This document shows, one piece after another, positions 21,288 through 31,325 of a stretch of 64,000 nt of DNA. The stretch covers positions 52,655 to 116,654 of the forward strand of contig JAWOCD010000005.1 in assembly GCA_046483985.1 (NCBI GenBank). The letters are read 5' to 3'. Made by a program: the position numbers and the translations under genes. A model generated the notes under the pieces. The model was given only the letters and a program-made list of their open reading frames with translations, was not told the origin of the DNA and made no database searches. Position 1 is the first letter of the stretch; each line of letters starts with the position of its first letter. Source of the DNA: Promethearchaeia archaeon (GTDB lineage: Archaea; Asgardarchaeota; Lokiarchaeia; Sigyniarchaeales; SOKP01).

Positions 21288-21971
21288 TCATATACAAGAT
21301 GCCAATTTCTGAATTATATACAAGGTGCCAATATAAATATAAGATCCGATCGGGATAAGAAGTAAGGAATAAAAAGCAAACAAATCTGTAGTTAGCGTAC
21401 CCGCAATAATAGCAATGAAAAAAGGTCCTATTACCCAACCCGCAATTCGGGAATATTTTGGACTATGAAAGGAAATGAAATAAAATATTATGACCATTGA
21501 AAATCCCGGTAAATAATAAAAAGGCACGTAAGGCCAAATTGGAATTGGCTGTCCTAAACCTCCCAATACACGGAATGAAGCAAGAGTGGAGTCCCACCAA
21601 TTTCCCGCGGGAAAGGGATATACTCCAGTATCAATCCATTGGCTCATCCAATACATGACATCTTCAAACATGGTCATAAAAAAGAGCCCCATAACTATTT
21701 GTTCAATAGTAAATTTTCCCTTATATCTCGTGGTAATTGCAACACAGAGCACCACCCCGAGATACATAATTGTCCAATTCAAGGTTGGTCCTAATAAATC
21801 GAGCAAACGGGGATAATGATAAACAATAAAGTATTCATAAATCCCATACAAGAATGAATAGAGGAAAGCGGTTAAAAAACCCCTTTTCATAATATTTCTG
21901 TGAACTTCCTTTTCATAAATTCGCAAGGGACGTTTTAGGAAGAAATCTTCTATTCTTTTTATGAGTTTCAT
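21288..21971 (-). CDS. Hypothetical membrane protein
   Basis: 227 aa, multiple TM helices, conserved-looking FEDVMYW. Confidence 0.75.
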   Translation of the reverse strand: MKLIKRIEDFFLKRPLRIYEKEVHRNIMKRGFLTAFLYSFLYGIYEYFIVYHYPRLLDLLGPTLNWTIMYLGVVLCVAITTRYKGKFTIEQIVMGLFFMTMFEDVMYWMSQWIDTGVYPFPAGNWWDSTLASFRVLGGLGQPIPIWPYVPFYYLPGFSMVIIFYFISFHSPKYSRIAGWVIGPFFIAIIAGTLTTDLFAFYSLLLIPIGSYIYIGTLYIIQKLASCI

Positions 21972-22253
21972 AAAAATAATTGATATCCAAAATCTAATAA
22001 ATATTTGTGAAAATTTATCGTTTAATATTGATTTGGCAATTTGAGCAATTCACTGACGGATCGTTTGTTCTGAATTGAATTCTGTGTTTTATATGATCTA
22101 TGATCTTCATAGAGGGGCATTCCCCACTGAGCTCAGTTAATCATCGCGGGTTCTTCCCAAATGTCACGTTTCTGGTTTTTAACAAATTAATAAGGTATTT
22201 TGGATATTATAATATAATGAGTATAACATATGAAGAATCGGATTTGAATTATT

Positions 22254-24344
22254 TTGATTAATGGAGTGGTCGTTCCCGCACTAACCTTTTTTAATAATGA
22301 ATATCGATTAATTAATGAGTTAAATTCACTTTTATACAGACATATTGTTTTAAATGGGGCAAATGGGGTATTTTTATTCGGAACCACCGGTGAAGGGATG
22401 ATGTTTACCGATAAAATTGAACAAAAAATAAATTATATAAACTTAACAATCGAGAGTGAACAAAAAGTTCCCGTTCTTCTTGGAGTTTGGGGAAACGATG
22501 AAGATAAGATAATTGATGAGATTAAAGAACTAGCAATTCAATTTCCTGCATTAAATTTCGTCATTATTCCTCCAATGAATGAAAAAAAATCTATTGCAGA
22601 TTTAAAATCTTATTTTGAAACCATTTTAGGTTCATTAGATATAAAAAATCCGATCTATCTTTATAATAATCCGGATCTTTTTGCTGGAAACAATATAAAT
22701 CAAAATATTCTTAGGTGGCTTTTGACTTTTTCGAATTTAGCGGGTATAATAGACTCCTCGCGAAAAATCAAGACGTATAAAGGTTGTATAGAATTTTTAA
22801 GTGAGGAATTTAGTGTTTACTGTGGACGGGAGAGTAATTTTTCCAATTTTCTACAACTTATCCCACAAGAAAAACGAAAATATGCTGGATTAGCCCCGAG
22901 TATTGGAAATCTATCAAATATATCAAAAAAGTTATATCAAGCGGCATTAGAAAAAGAGCCGTTAAAACTAGTACAGTTGCAAGAAGAACTTAATGATTTT
23001 CGAGATAAAATCTATGATATTAAAGTAAGGAAAGGTAAACAACAAAGGGGGCTAAAATATGCATTTTACAATCTTTATGAAGACATTATTAGTACACCTG
23101 AACAAAAAGCTTTAACAGTTGCACCCAGAAACGAGCGTATTTTAGAAGATACGGTAAAAGACAGAATCACCGCTACCGTTCAATTTTTATTCAATCAATC
23201 TTATATTGATCGATTTTATAAAATCGGGAATCATTTATATGATTTCACGACTCTTGCTTCAAAGATTTCCAAAATCGATAAATTACAAGAACTCGGTGAA
23301 CTAAAAAAAATAAAGGGTCCTTATGGAGGGAGAATAAACAAAATTTATCGAATAAAATTGGGTATCAATTCATATGTGCTCAGAGCACGAACTTCTCAAG
23401 CGTTTCGTTATGAAGGCTTAATAAAAGAAAAAGTATTATTCCCCTTTTTGGATAGCTCTTTACATAAAGAATTACCAGATCTTGGAAATCGGGTTGATAA
23501 GATCTGTGGTGAGAAAAAAGGCTCTTATACATTTGACGAAGACTCTCCATCTGTTATACCTGTTTACGATTTAATATATTATGACGAAACAAAGGAATTA
23601 TTCCCGCATATATATTCCATTCATGAATATCTGCCGGGAAAGACATTATACTCTTTGCTGGAAGATTATAAAATTCTTAAAGAAAGCAGGCTTTTCAAGA
23701 ATTTTTTGGATCTCTTTGAAAACATAGGTAAAATTCTTGGAAAGATTCACGAGATCTCTTTCAACGGATTTTATTACAAAATTGATGAAATTGGACATCA
23801 AGCTAAACAATTAGAGTGGGGAGAACTATTTCAAAAGCAATTAGAAGAGGAACTTTCCCAATTAAATGAAGAGAAATTAGAAATCATCCCGGACATCAAG
23901 CAATATTTCGAAGAACATTCTTCTTTAATTAAAGAGAATGAAGAAGCAGTATTGATTCATAATGATTTTCAAGGACAAAATATAATCGTTAAAGAAGAAG
24001 AATCAACTGGAGCATTTCGTTTAAATGGACTTATTGATTTTGATAATTGGAGAGTGGGTGTGCGAGCTCAAGATTTTGTTAAGATAAATTTTTGGACATT
24101 AAATCCGCTAAATGACCCTCAATTGAAAGAGGCCTTTTATAAGGGATATCAAAACCGATCTGGTATTTTAATAAGTGAAACTTTTGAGAAAAAAATTGAG
24201 ATCTATTCTCTGCTTTGGTTCTTAAAAGTATATAATTTTGAAATGGATAAAATGCAGAAAGGGAAGCAAGGTAAAATTATAGATAAACGATTTCCTCCCC
24301 CAGAACAATACATAAATGAAATAAAAAAAATATTGACCCCTTAA
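22254..24344 (+). CDS. Fusion of a DapA/NAL-family aldolase-like domain and an APH/choline-kinase-like phosphotransferase
   Basis: GTTGE, YLYNNP and GIIDSS in the N-half; HNDFQGQNII and IDFD in the C-half. Confidence 0.85.
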   Translation: MINGVVVPALTFFNNEYRLINELNSLLYRHIVLNGANGVFLFGTTGEGMMFTDKIEQKINYINLTIESEQKVPVLLGVWGNDEDKIIDEIKELAIQFPALNFVIIPPMNEKKSIADLKSYFETILGSLDIKNPIYLYNNPDLFAGNNINQNILRWLLTFSNLAGIIDSSRKIKTYKGCIEFLSEEFSVYCGRESNFSNFLQLIPQEKRKYAGLAPSIGNLSNISKKLYQAALEKEPLKLVQLQEELNDFRDKIYDIKVRKGKQQRGLKYAFYNLYEDIISTPEQKALTVAPRNERILEDTVKDRITATVQFLFNQSYIDRFYKIGNHLYDFTTLASKISKIDKLQELGELKKIKGPYGGRINKIYRIKLGINSYVLRARTSQAFRYEGLIKEKVLFPFLDSSLHKELPDLGNRVDKICGEKKGSYTFDEDSPSVIPVYDLIYYDETKELFPHIYSIHEYLPGKTLYSLLEDYKILKESRLFKNFLDLFENIGKILGKIHEISFNGFYYKIDEIGHQAKQLEWGELFQKQLEEELSQLNEEKLEIIPDIKQYFEEHSSLIKENEEAVLIHNDFQGQNIIVKEEESTGAFRLNGLIDFDNWRVGVRAQDFVKINFWTLNPLNDPQLKEAFYKGYQNRSGILISETFEKKIEIYSLLWFLKVYNFEMDKMQKGKQGKIIDKRFPPPEQYINEIKKILTP

Positions 24345-24721
24345 TTAGGTTCGTATAGTACTGCAACCATTAACGTAAATTCCCACGGGGCGTTTGCCTT
24401 GTCATAAACCAGCGTTTGAATATCTTCTGATGCTTCTCTCTTTGTATGTTTATAAAAGACTTCCCATGCAGTCTGTCCTATTATCTGCGGATCGTTTAAA
24501 ACATCTGAAAATTTTTTATTTATGCCCGCATAATAAATAGCTTTATTATCAATAATTTGTTTTAACTCTGCCAGATCCATAAGTTTTGCTGTTTTTACAA
24601 TATTTTCGGTAATTTGCCCAAAATAATCACTTAATTTCTTAGAAACCTCATTGGGAGCACCTTCTTTGCCATCATACAGAAAAACTATACCAATTGCTTC
24701 CATTTTTTTCTCTTGACTCAT
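24341..24721 (-). CDS. Hypothetical protein, paralog of 24957..25322
   Basis: Shares GIVFL, TEN.V, L..LK.IID.K.IY and APW.FTL with the neighbouring ORF. Confidence 0.85.
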   Translation of the reverse strand: MSQEKKMEAIGIVFLYDGKEGAPNEVSKKLSDYFGQITENIVKTAKLMDLAELKQIIDNKAIYYAGINKKFSDVLNDPQIIGQTAWEVFYKHTKREASEDIQTLVYDKANAPWEFTLMVAVLYEPN

Positions 24722-24956
24722 AATTTCTCACTAATAAAAAAATTTAGAAAATTATACTTATGCTTTATGGTATAAAAAATATTTAAACAATTTCTATTTT
24801 ATTAATTCATTTTCATTTAGGGGTTTATACTTCATAAAACTTTAGAAAAATGTGTTGAAATTTTTTAAGTGGGAATTCTATAACTCCAATTGATTTCAGT
24901 TTTCATTTTTATAAAATAAAAAAAATTATGATTAAGGGGTGAGAAAGAGAATGTAT

Positions 24957-25322
24957 TTATTTATATACAACACAAGCACATAGAGTAAAGTTCCATGGTG
25001 CATCTTCTCCCTTATAGATTAAACAACGGATATCCTCATCAGCCTCTATATTTGTATGTTTTTTAAATAGCTCCCAAGCCAAATCTCCGAGTTTATCCCC
25101 GTTTTCGATGACTTCATTGAATCTTTTTTTAACAGCTCCCCAATAGATCTTTTTCTCATCGATTATCTTCTTAAGATCAACTAATTCCATTAACCCCTCA
25201 CGAACCAAGTTTTCTGTTACCCCAGAAAAATATTTTTTAAATTCTTTAGATACATCTTCTGGTTTACCCTCTTCCATGTTAAATAAGAAGACTATACCCT
25301 GTGCTTTTCCTAAATCAGACAT
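24957..25322 (-). CDS. Hypothetical protein, paralog of 24341..24721
   Basis: Full-length similarity to the neighbouring ORF. Confidence 0.85.
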   Translation of the reverse strand: MSDLGKAQGIVFLFNMEEGKPEDVSKEFKKYFSGVTENLVREGLMELVDLKKIIDEKKIYWGAVKKRFNEVIENGDKLGDLAWELFKKHTNIEADEDIRCLIYKGEDAPWNFTLCACVVYK

Positions 25323-25568
25323 TTAAATCCTATTAAAAAGTTGTTGTTTAATGATTTAATTATAATATATGATCTAATTATAGTATTTATTATTATACCG
25401 TTCATCATAATTTCGGCAGGGAAATTCACACATTTAAAATCATTTAATAATACATTTCTGTTAAGTTATAAGGAACCATGGTTCACAGAAAAACTTGTAA
25501 TTACCAGCAAAAAGCGGATAAAGAAGCGTCAGAATGGATTAAAACTAGAAATCGATTTGTAGAAAAAT

Positions 25569-26621
25569 TTAATCCAGCAATTTTTCTACTACTTTAGTTG
25601 CCTTTCTTGCATTTTCGGCATAACCGTCTGCCCCTACTTTTTTCCAAAGATCGGGAATCATGTTAAAGGCTTTCCCTCCCACCAGTATCTTTATATCCGA
25701 ACACTCGGAAATTCGTATCTTATCAACCAATTGTTTAACTAAATAGATATGATTTATTAAACTACTTGAAATGGCAAGTAAATCCGCGTCTTGCTTTTTT
25801 ATCATATTGAGAATCGAATTACGAGGTGCATTTGCCCCAATATAAAAAACTTTCCAGCCTTCATATTCCAAAAGATTAGAAATCATCTTAATTCCTAATT
25901 CATGCTGTTCTCTTTCAATACATGTAGAGATAATGGTTTTCTTGTCCTTTTCTGGCTTCGATTCGATATTTTTGAATTGACTAATAATTGTATCGGAGAT
26001 TACGGTGCTTAAGTGTTCTCGGGCGACAGAGATTTGGTTAATTTCCCAGAGCCTACCGACTTCATATTGAGCGGGTTGAATAACATTCAAATAGATATCT
26101 ACTAATGGCACCCCTTCTTGTTCTAATTTTTCGATGATTAAAAACGCCTTTTCTCTATATCCCTTAAGGATGAAGTCTAAATAATCTTGTGCTTCTTTAT
26201 TATAAGGATTATCCATCTTAATAAAACTCAGCGGGACTTTAAGTTCCTCTTGAAAGATATTATTTATTCCAGAAAAGAAGCGATTTAAAATGTCGTGAAT
26301 TGTTTTTTCTTTGAATTCTAAATTTAAGATATTTTTGGTCTCTTCCAATGTTATTAAAACTAATTCTCCCGTCAATCCCCGATTTTCTAATACATTTTTT
26401 ATCCACTTAACATATTTTTTAAATAATTCGGGTTGATCTAAAAGAATAGCATGGGAAAGATATTCCAAATGGTATGTAAGGTCTTGAAGGGATTGTTGTT
26501 TTTTTTTTTCACCATAGATATTTTCGAGTGCCGATACTCTTTCAAAGATCCTTTCTAAGATGGATTTTGCTAATTTTTCCTTTTGATTTAATAAAATTTC
26601 TCCAAATTCTTGCTTATCCAT
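25569..26621 (-). CDS. Cobalamin-binding domain protein with an N-terminal globin/phycobiliprotein-like domain
   Basis: LQDLTYHLEYL helix, B12 cap (VGRLWE...SVAREH), EQHELG (ExHxxG) and ILVGG. Confidence 0.85.
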   Translation of the reverse strand: MDKQEFGEILLNQKEKLAKSILERIFERVSALENIYGEKKKQQSLQDLTYHLEYLSHAILLDQPELFKKYVKWIKNVLENRGLTGELVLITLEETKNILNLEFKEKTIHDILNRFFSGINNIFQEELKVPLSFIKMDNPYNKEAQDYLDFILKGYREKAFLIIEKLEQEGVPLVDIYLNVIQPAQYEVGRLWEINQISVAREHLSTVISDTIISQFKNIESKPEKDKKTIISTCIEREQHELGIKMISNLLEYEGWKVFYIGANAPRNSILNMIKKQDADLLAISSSLINHIYLVKQLVDKIRISECSDIKILVGGKAFNMIPDLWKKVGADGYAENARKATKVVEKLLD

Positions 26622-26649
26622 TTATAATCAACAACTACCTGTTTACAAT

Positions 26650-26829
26650 TTAAATGAGCATTAAGTGTGTGATCTTCTTTAGATCAACTAATTCCATTAA
26701 ACCCATACGAACCACGTTTTTTCCTCCCCCCGAGAAATATTCTTTAAACTTTTCTGACAGATCTGAGGGTTTTTCCTCCTCCATATTAAACAAGAAAACT
26801 GTATCTTTTGCTTTCCCTAAATCAGACAT
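26650..26829 (-). pseudogene. Truncated third copy of the 24957..25322 gene
   Basis: MSDLGKAKDTVFLFNMEEEKPSDLSEKFKEYFSGGGKNVVRMGLMELVDLKKITHLMLI*; DNA 26671-26910 is homologous to 25165-25402, including the upstream region. Confidence 0.85.
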
Positions 26830-27080
26830 CTAAAATTCTATTGAAATATTATTGTTTCATTATCTAATTATAATATATGATTCAATCATAGTATTTATTA
26901 TTATACTGTTAGAAAAAATCTGGGCATATCGGGACAAGCCAGACCTCGTTACTTTGGAAAAAATTTGACATTAAAAAAAATTTTTAATGGTTAAAGGTTC
27001 ATTTAAAGTGATTAAAGGATTTTATATATTTATCATGAAGTTAAGATCGCTTAAGTGTATTAAAAATTTCAAGAGAAAAA

Positions 27081-27995
27081 ATGAACTATCAAAAAGAACT
27101 TAAAATTGCAACAAAATTAGTTCGAAATGCTTCTCAGATAACCAGTTGGTTTAAGGAACGAAGCTTTAGAGAGCTACGGAAGCAAGATAAGACTCCCGTG
27201 ACTTTGGCAGATTGGGCTTCCCAAATATATATTATTTCCCAGTTAAAAGAAAGTTTTTCCAATGATCAAATTATTGCTGAAGAGGATAGTTCGGTACTCA
27301 TCTCAACTCTTTCTTCTAATATTCGTAAATGTTACCTTGATTTGAATGTAACAATTGAATCTAATCTTAAAAGCATTTTAAATTATCGAGGTTCAAAGTC
27401 TCAGAGAAAATGGACTATAGACCCTGTGGCGGGAACCAGAGGATTTTGTCTTCCCAATGGAATTTACTGCATTGCTATAGGATTTATGATTGAAAATGAC
27501 CCAAAAGTATGCGCAATACATATACCAAATTATAAGGATGGAACCCCTGCAACCTTTCGTGCAATTAAAAATGCTGGAGCTTATGCCTCTTATAAAGGCG
27601 GAGAATTCCAAAAGATTCATGTAAGTTCTCGTTCTAAATTGGATTCTGCCCGAATGTGTCAATCAAAGCATAATTCCGCTCCCGAGATATATAAGTTTGC
27701 AGATATGGTTGGGATATCTGATAAATTAGTTATTGACAGCATGGCAAAATATTGTAAAATCGCTGAGGGGAGTTATGATTTCTATTTACGCCAGAGCAAT
27801 TTCTACAATGGCTCTTGGGACTTTGTTCCTGGAAATCTCCTTGTTCAAGAGGCTGGAGGTAATATGACAGACTTAAAGAATAATTCTTTGCAATTTCATG
27901 AGGAATGCTGTATTTTATCTGCCCCTGGATTTCTTGCTTCGAATGATATGCTCCATGATAGAATTCTGGAAATTTATAATGATAACTTCCTATAA
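27081..27995 (+). CDS. Inositol monophosphatase / 3'(2'),5'-bisphosphate nucleotidase family protein
   Basis: KQDKTPVTLAD, IIAEE, WTIDPVAGT and WD...G.LLV.EAGG motifs. Confidence 0.88.
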   Translation: MNYQKELKIATKLVRNASQITSWFKERSFRELRKQDKTPVTLADWASQIYIISQLKESFSNDQIIAEEDSSVLISTLSSNIRKCYLDLNVTIESNLKSILNYRGSKSQRKWTIDPVAGTRGFCLPNGIYCIAIGFMIENDPKVCAIHIPNYKDGTPATFRAIKNAGAYASYKGGEFQKIHVSSRSKLDSARMCQSKHNSAPEIYKFADMVGISDKLVIDSMAKYCKIAEGSYDFYLRQSNFYNGSWDFVPGNLLVQEAGGNMTDLKNNSLQFHEECCILSAPGFLASNDMLHDRILEIYNDNFL

Positions 27996-28038
27996 TCTCC
28001 CTATTTTTTCACATAAGTATCCTTTTTGTTTCAAGATT

Positions 28039-29121
28039 TCAGACTTGTATGAAGTTAAGTAAGTTTGTTTGAAAGGTTTCACATTCAGAGAAATTAGAAA
28101 TTTTTACTCCCACTAATCGAATCTTTTTATTAATTTCATGGAATTCCTGATATAATTCTAAAATTTGGTTTAATACTAATTTTTGATTTCTTAAGGGATA
28201 TAAAAAGGAAGAAGATCGAGTAAAAGTTTCAAAATCTTCATTTCGTACTTTTAAAGTGATCGTTCTATAGAATATATTCAAATCTCGTGCTTTCTGATGC
28301 ACCTTGAGGTTTAGCTTTTCCAAGGTGGAAATGATAAGGTTTTTGTTGGTTACATCTTCTCGAAAGGTTCTTTCTTTACTGATGGATTTGCGTTCATGCT
28401 CTTGTTCTAAAGGTCTCTTATCTGATCCGTTAATCACTTTCCAGATCCATTTTGCCGATTTTCCAAATTTCTCAGTCAATTCATATAATTTAAAATCATA
28501 AAAATCAGAGATCTTTTTTATGCCTTCTCGGTGATAAATCTTTTTGGTCTTCTTTCCAATACCCGGGATCCGCGTTATTTCCATATTTTTAAGAAAATCT
28601 TTTATTTTATCCGAAGGCACACATGTGATCCCTTCTGGCTTTTTAAAGTCTGACGCAATTTTTGCAATAGATTTTGTGGAACCAATTCCAATTGATACGG
28701 TAATCCCAACTTTTCTTTTAACTTCTTCTTGAATTTTTTGGGCAATTTTTCTGGCTTCGCATAAATTTGTACATTTTTCTGTAATTTCAATATAAGCCTC
28801 ATCAATACTGACCTTCTGAAAAATGTCTGTGTATCTTTTGAACACTTTCATGACATTCTTAGACACTTTTGAGTATTTCTGATGATTGGGTCTTAAATAA
28901 ATCGCGTGTGGGCATAATTTATATGCTCTTGAGATAGGCATAGCCGAATGTAAGCCATACTCTCTCGCTTCGTAAGAACATGTAGAGACAACACCTCGTC
29001 CCTTTCCTCCTTTTGGGTCTGCCCCAATCACGACCGGTTCCTTTCTATATTCTGGATTATCACGCATTTCAACTGCAGCAAAAAAGCAATCAAGATCGCA
29101 GTGCAGAATAATCCGACTCAT
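28039..29121 (-). CDS. dinB: DNA polymerase IV (Y family)
   Basis: HCDLDCFFAAVE, SYEAR, SIDEAY and AKIASD..KP.G motifs. Confidence 0.96.
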   Translation of the reverse strand: MSRIILHCDLDCFFAAVEMRDNPEYRKEPVVIGADPKGGKGRGVVSTCSYEAREYGLHSAMPISRAYKLCPHAIYLRPNHQKYSKVSKNVMKVFKRYTDIFQKVSIDEAYIEITEKCTNLCEARKIAQKIQEEVKRKVGITVSIGIGSTKSIAKIASDFKKPEGITCVPSDKIKDFLKNMEITRIPGIGKKTKKIYHREGIKKISDFYDFKLYELTEKFGKSAKWIWKVINGSDKRPLEQEHERKSISKERTFREDVTNKNLIISTLEKLNLKVHQKARDLNIFYRTITLKVRNEDFETFTRSSSFLYPLRNQKLVLNQILELYQEFHEINKKIRLVGVKISNFSECETFQTNLLNFIQV

Positions 29122-29284
29122 TTTCTGAAAGTAACATTAAATAGGTTTTTCTTTAAAATTTAAAATTTCAAAATGTATTTAAACAAAGAGGGAGGCTCAG
29201 ATTTCTGTAAATTTTAATAATCGTTGCTTAGACAATTTTTATTTCAAAATAATTTTTTAGCAAATAATAATTACCTTATTTATA

Positions 29285-29935
29285 ATGGCTAAAGAAAAAA
29301 AAATTAGGAATGAAATAATTAATGCGGGGAAAACGCTCTTTGAAAAAGGCGTTGTCGAAAATAACGAGGGAAATATCAGTGTACGATACGGAAGAAAAGA
29401 AGAACTTTTCATTACTCCGACGGCTAATAATTACCAAAAATGCACACCTGAAGAAATTGTGCACATGGACTTTGACGGAACAGCTTTAAGCAAAGGAAAA
29501 CTCCCCTCAACAGAATCAAAATTACATGTTGATCTATATGAGGCACGTAGAAAAGCAAAATGTGTAATTCATACCCATTCACGATATGCTACAATCCTTT
29601 CAGTGGTTCATAAAAGCATCCCCATTATAATGGAAGAACAAATAATCTATTTAGGTGGTTCCATCGATATGGCACCCTATGGCGAAGCCCATACAGAGAA
29701 TATTGGCGAGGCTGCGCTTCAAGCCTTAGGAAAGAAGAATGCCGCTCTCTTAGCCAATCATGGGGTGGTGGTTTGCGGAAAATCAGTTGCTAATGCGGTA
29801 AAAGCGGCCGAACTGGTTGAAAAGTTAGCGCAAGTATATTGGGGGGCACTCCAAGTCGGGGAGCCGAACATTATACCCAAAGACCAAACCGAAAAATTCG
29901 AGAAGATGTTTAATATGTTGTTTCGCGCTAAGTAA
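29285..29935 (+). CDS. Class II aldolase/adducin (fuculose-1-phosphate aldolase-like)
   Basis: GNISVR, PSTE, HTHS and LANHG motifs. Confidence 0.92.
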   Translation: MAKEKKIRNEIINAGKTLFEKGVVENNEGNISVRYGRKEELFITPTANNYQKCTPEEIVHMDFDGTALSKGKLPSTESKLHVDLYEARRKAKCVIHTHSRYATILSVVHKSIPIIMEEQIIYLGGSIDMAPYGEAHTENIGEAALQALGKKNAALLANHGVVVCGKSVANAVKAAELVEKLAQVYWGALQVGEPNIIPKDQTEKFEKMFNMLFRAK

Positions 29936-30023
29936 ACCAATTAACCCATAAAAACAATCTTCTTCTTTTTATTTTAAAAAAGAAAATTTAAGATAACATA
30001 AAAAAAATTTAAAATCAAATAAC

Positions 30024-30869
30024 ATGAATTTAGGAATAAGTTCTTTGGGGCATATTAATCAATATGCCAAAGAAAAGGAATATGACACACTTTTTGACTT
30101 ATTGTATGAGGCAACGAGGGATTGTCTTCTTTATGTGGAAAAACAAAATCTGAATCTCTGTGAGGTTCTCTTGGAGCCGTTGGCTTTGATGAAGGCTCAG
30201 GAAAAACAAGAATTCATTGAATTATGTAATTCTTTCCATTCAATTAAAAAACAAGTCCATGGCCCCTTTATCAGTGTAAGTTTATGTTCGCATAATAAAT
30301 TCATTTCCGACGCATCGATTGAATCCTATGTCCTTGCAGCTGAAGTAGGCGAGCAAATCGGAGCTCAAAATATGACAATTCACCCGGGATTGGTCAGTTT
30401 TTTACCAAAACCTTTGAGAGTTTTCCACCGGGAGAGAATAGAGGCTGCTCTTACAAAATTACTCAAGACGACGAAAAAGTTTGATCTGAAGATCTGTCTG
30501 GAAAATATGCCAAAAGGTGTTGGAATCTGTTTAAAGCCCGAGGAGATACAAAGGTTTTTGGAACATACGGATATTTATAACCTCTTTTTTACATGGGATA
30601 CGAGTCATTCATGGACAAATGATATAGAGGTATCAAAAATTTGGAAGTTACTTCATCAATACATTAAAAATATCCATATTGTGGATAATTTTGAAAGGGA
30701 ATCTGATACGCATCCTGCTTTGGGAACCGGAAAAATAGACTTTCGAGAGATTTTTTCATTTATCCAACAATACGATTACACCGGATCTTTAATTTTAGAA
30801 ATAGGACAAGCAAAGGATTTAGATGAAAGTCTCGATTATATCCAACATTATTTATATTCCCCAGTTTAA
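30024..30869 (+). CDS. Sugar phosphate isomerase/epimerase (AP endonuclease 2 TIM barrel)
   Basis: HGP, IHPG, LENM, DTSH, IHIVDN and H...GTGKID motifs. Confidence 0.88.
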   Translation: MNLGISSLGHINQYAKEKEYDTLFDLLYEATRDCLLYVEKQNLNLCEVLLEPLALMKAQEKQEFIELCNSFHSIKKQVHGPFISVSLCSHNKFISDASIESYVLAAEVGEQIGAQNMTIHPGLVSFLPKPLRVFHRERIEAALTKLLKTTKKFDLKICLENMPKGVGICLKPEEIQRFLEHTDIYNLFFTWDTSHSWTNDIEVSKIWKLLHQYIKNIHIVDNFERESDTHPALGTGKIDFREIFSFIQQYDYTGSLILEIGQAKDLDESLDYIQHYLYSPV

Positions 30870-30911
30870 ATTATATAATATAAAATGATTAACCGAGATA
30901 GAGCATAAAAA

Positions 30912-31307
30912 ATGTCTCCGATAATATCACTTCAAGTCTCCGAAGATCTTCACGAGCGGTTCGAAAAGGTAAGGACTTTAGTGGGGTTTGATTCTAAAAG
31001 TGAGGCGTTACGTGATGCCATCGTAAATTTTATTAAGATCCACGAAGAATTTGAAAATATCGAGGGATATAAGATAATGAATATTAACCTTGTGTATCCC
31101 TTTAAAGAAATTGTGATAGATAGAGTTTCTGAAATCTATACGGAATTTAATAATGTTATCCGAAATGTCTCAGATTGGCGAATCGCTGAAAAAAAAATTG
31201 AGATTGTCCTTGCCGTGGGCGAATTCGGATTAATTCGCGATCTTTATGATAAACTGGCAAAAATTAAACATGTGGTCGTGTCAATTCACGAGATCATTCT
31301 GGATTAG
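30912..31307 (+). CDS. Ribbon-helix-helix regulator, NikR-like
   Basis: IISLQV...SKSEALRDAI RHH domain plus an ACT-like C-domain. Confidence 0.8.
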   Translation: MSPIISLQVSEDLHERFEKVRTLVGFDSKSEALRDAIVNFIKIHEEFENIEGYKIMNINLVYPFKEIVIDRVSEIYTEFNNVIRNVSDWRIAEKKIEIVLAVGEFGLIRDLYDKLAKIKHVVVSIHEIILD

Positions 31308-31325
31308 TCCAAATCATCCGCTAAT

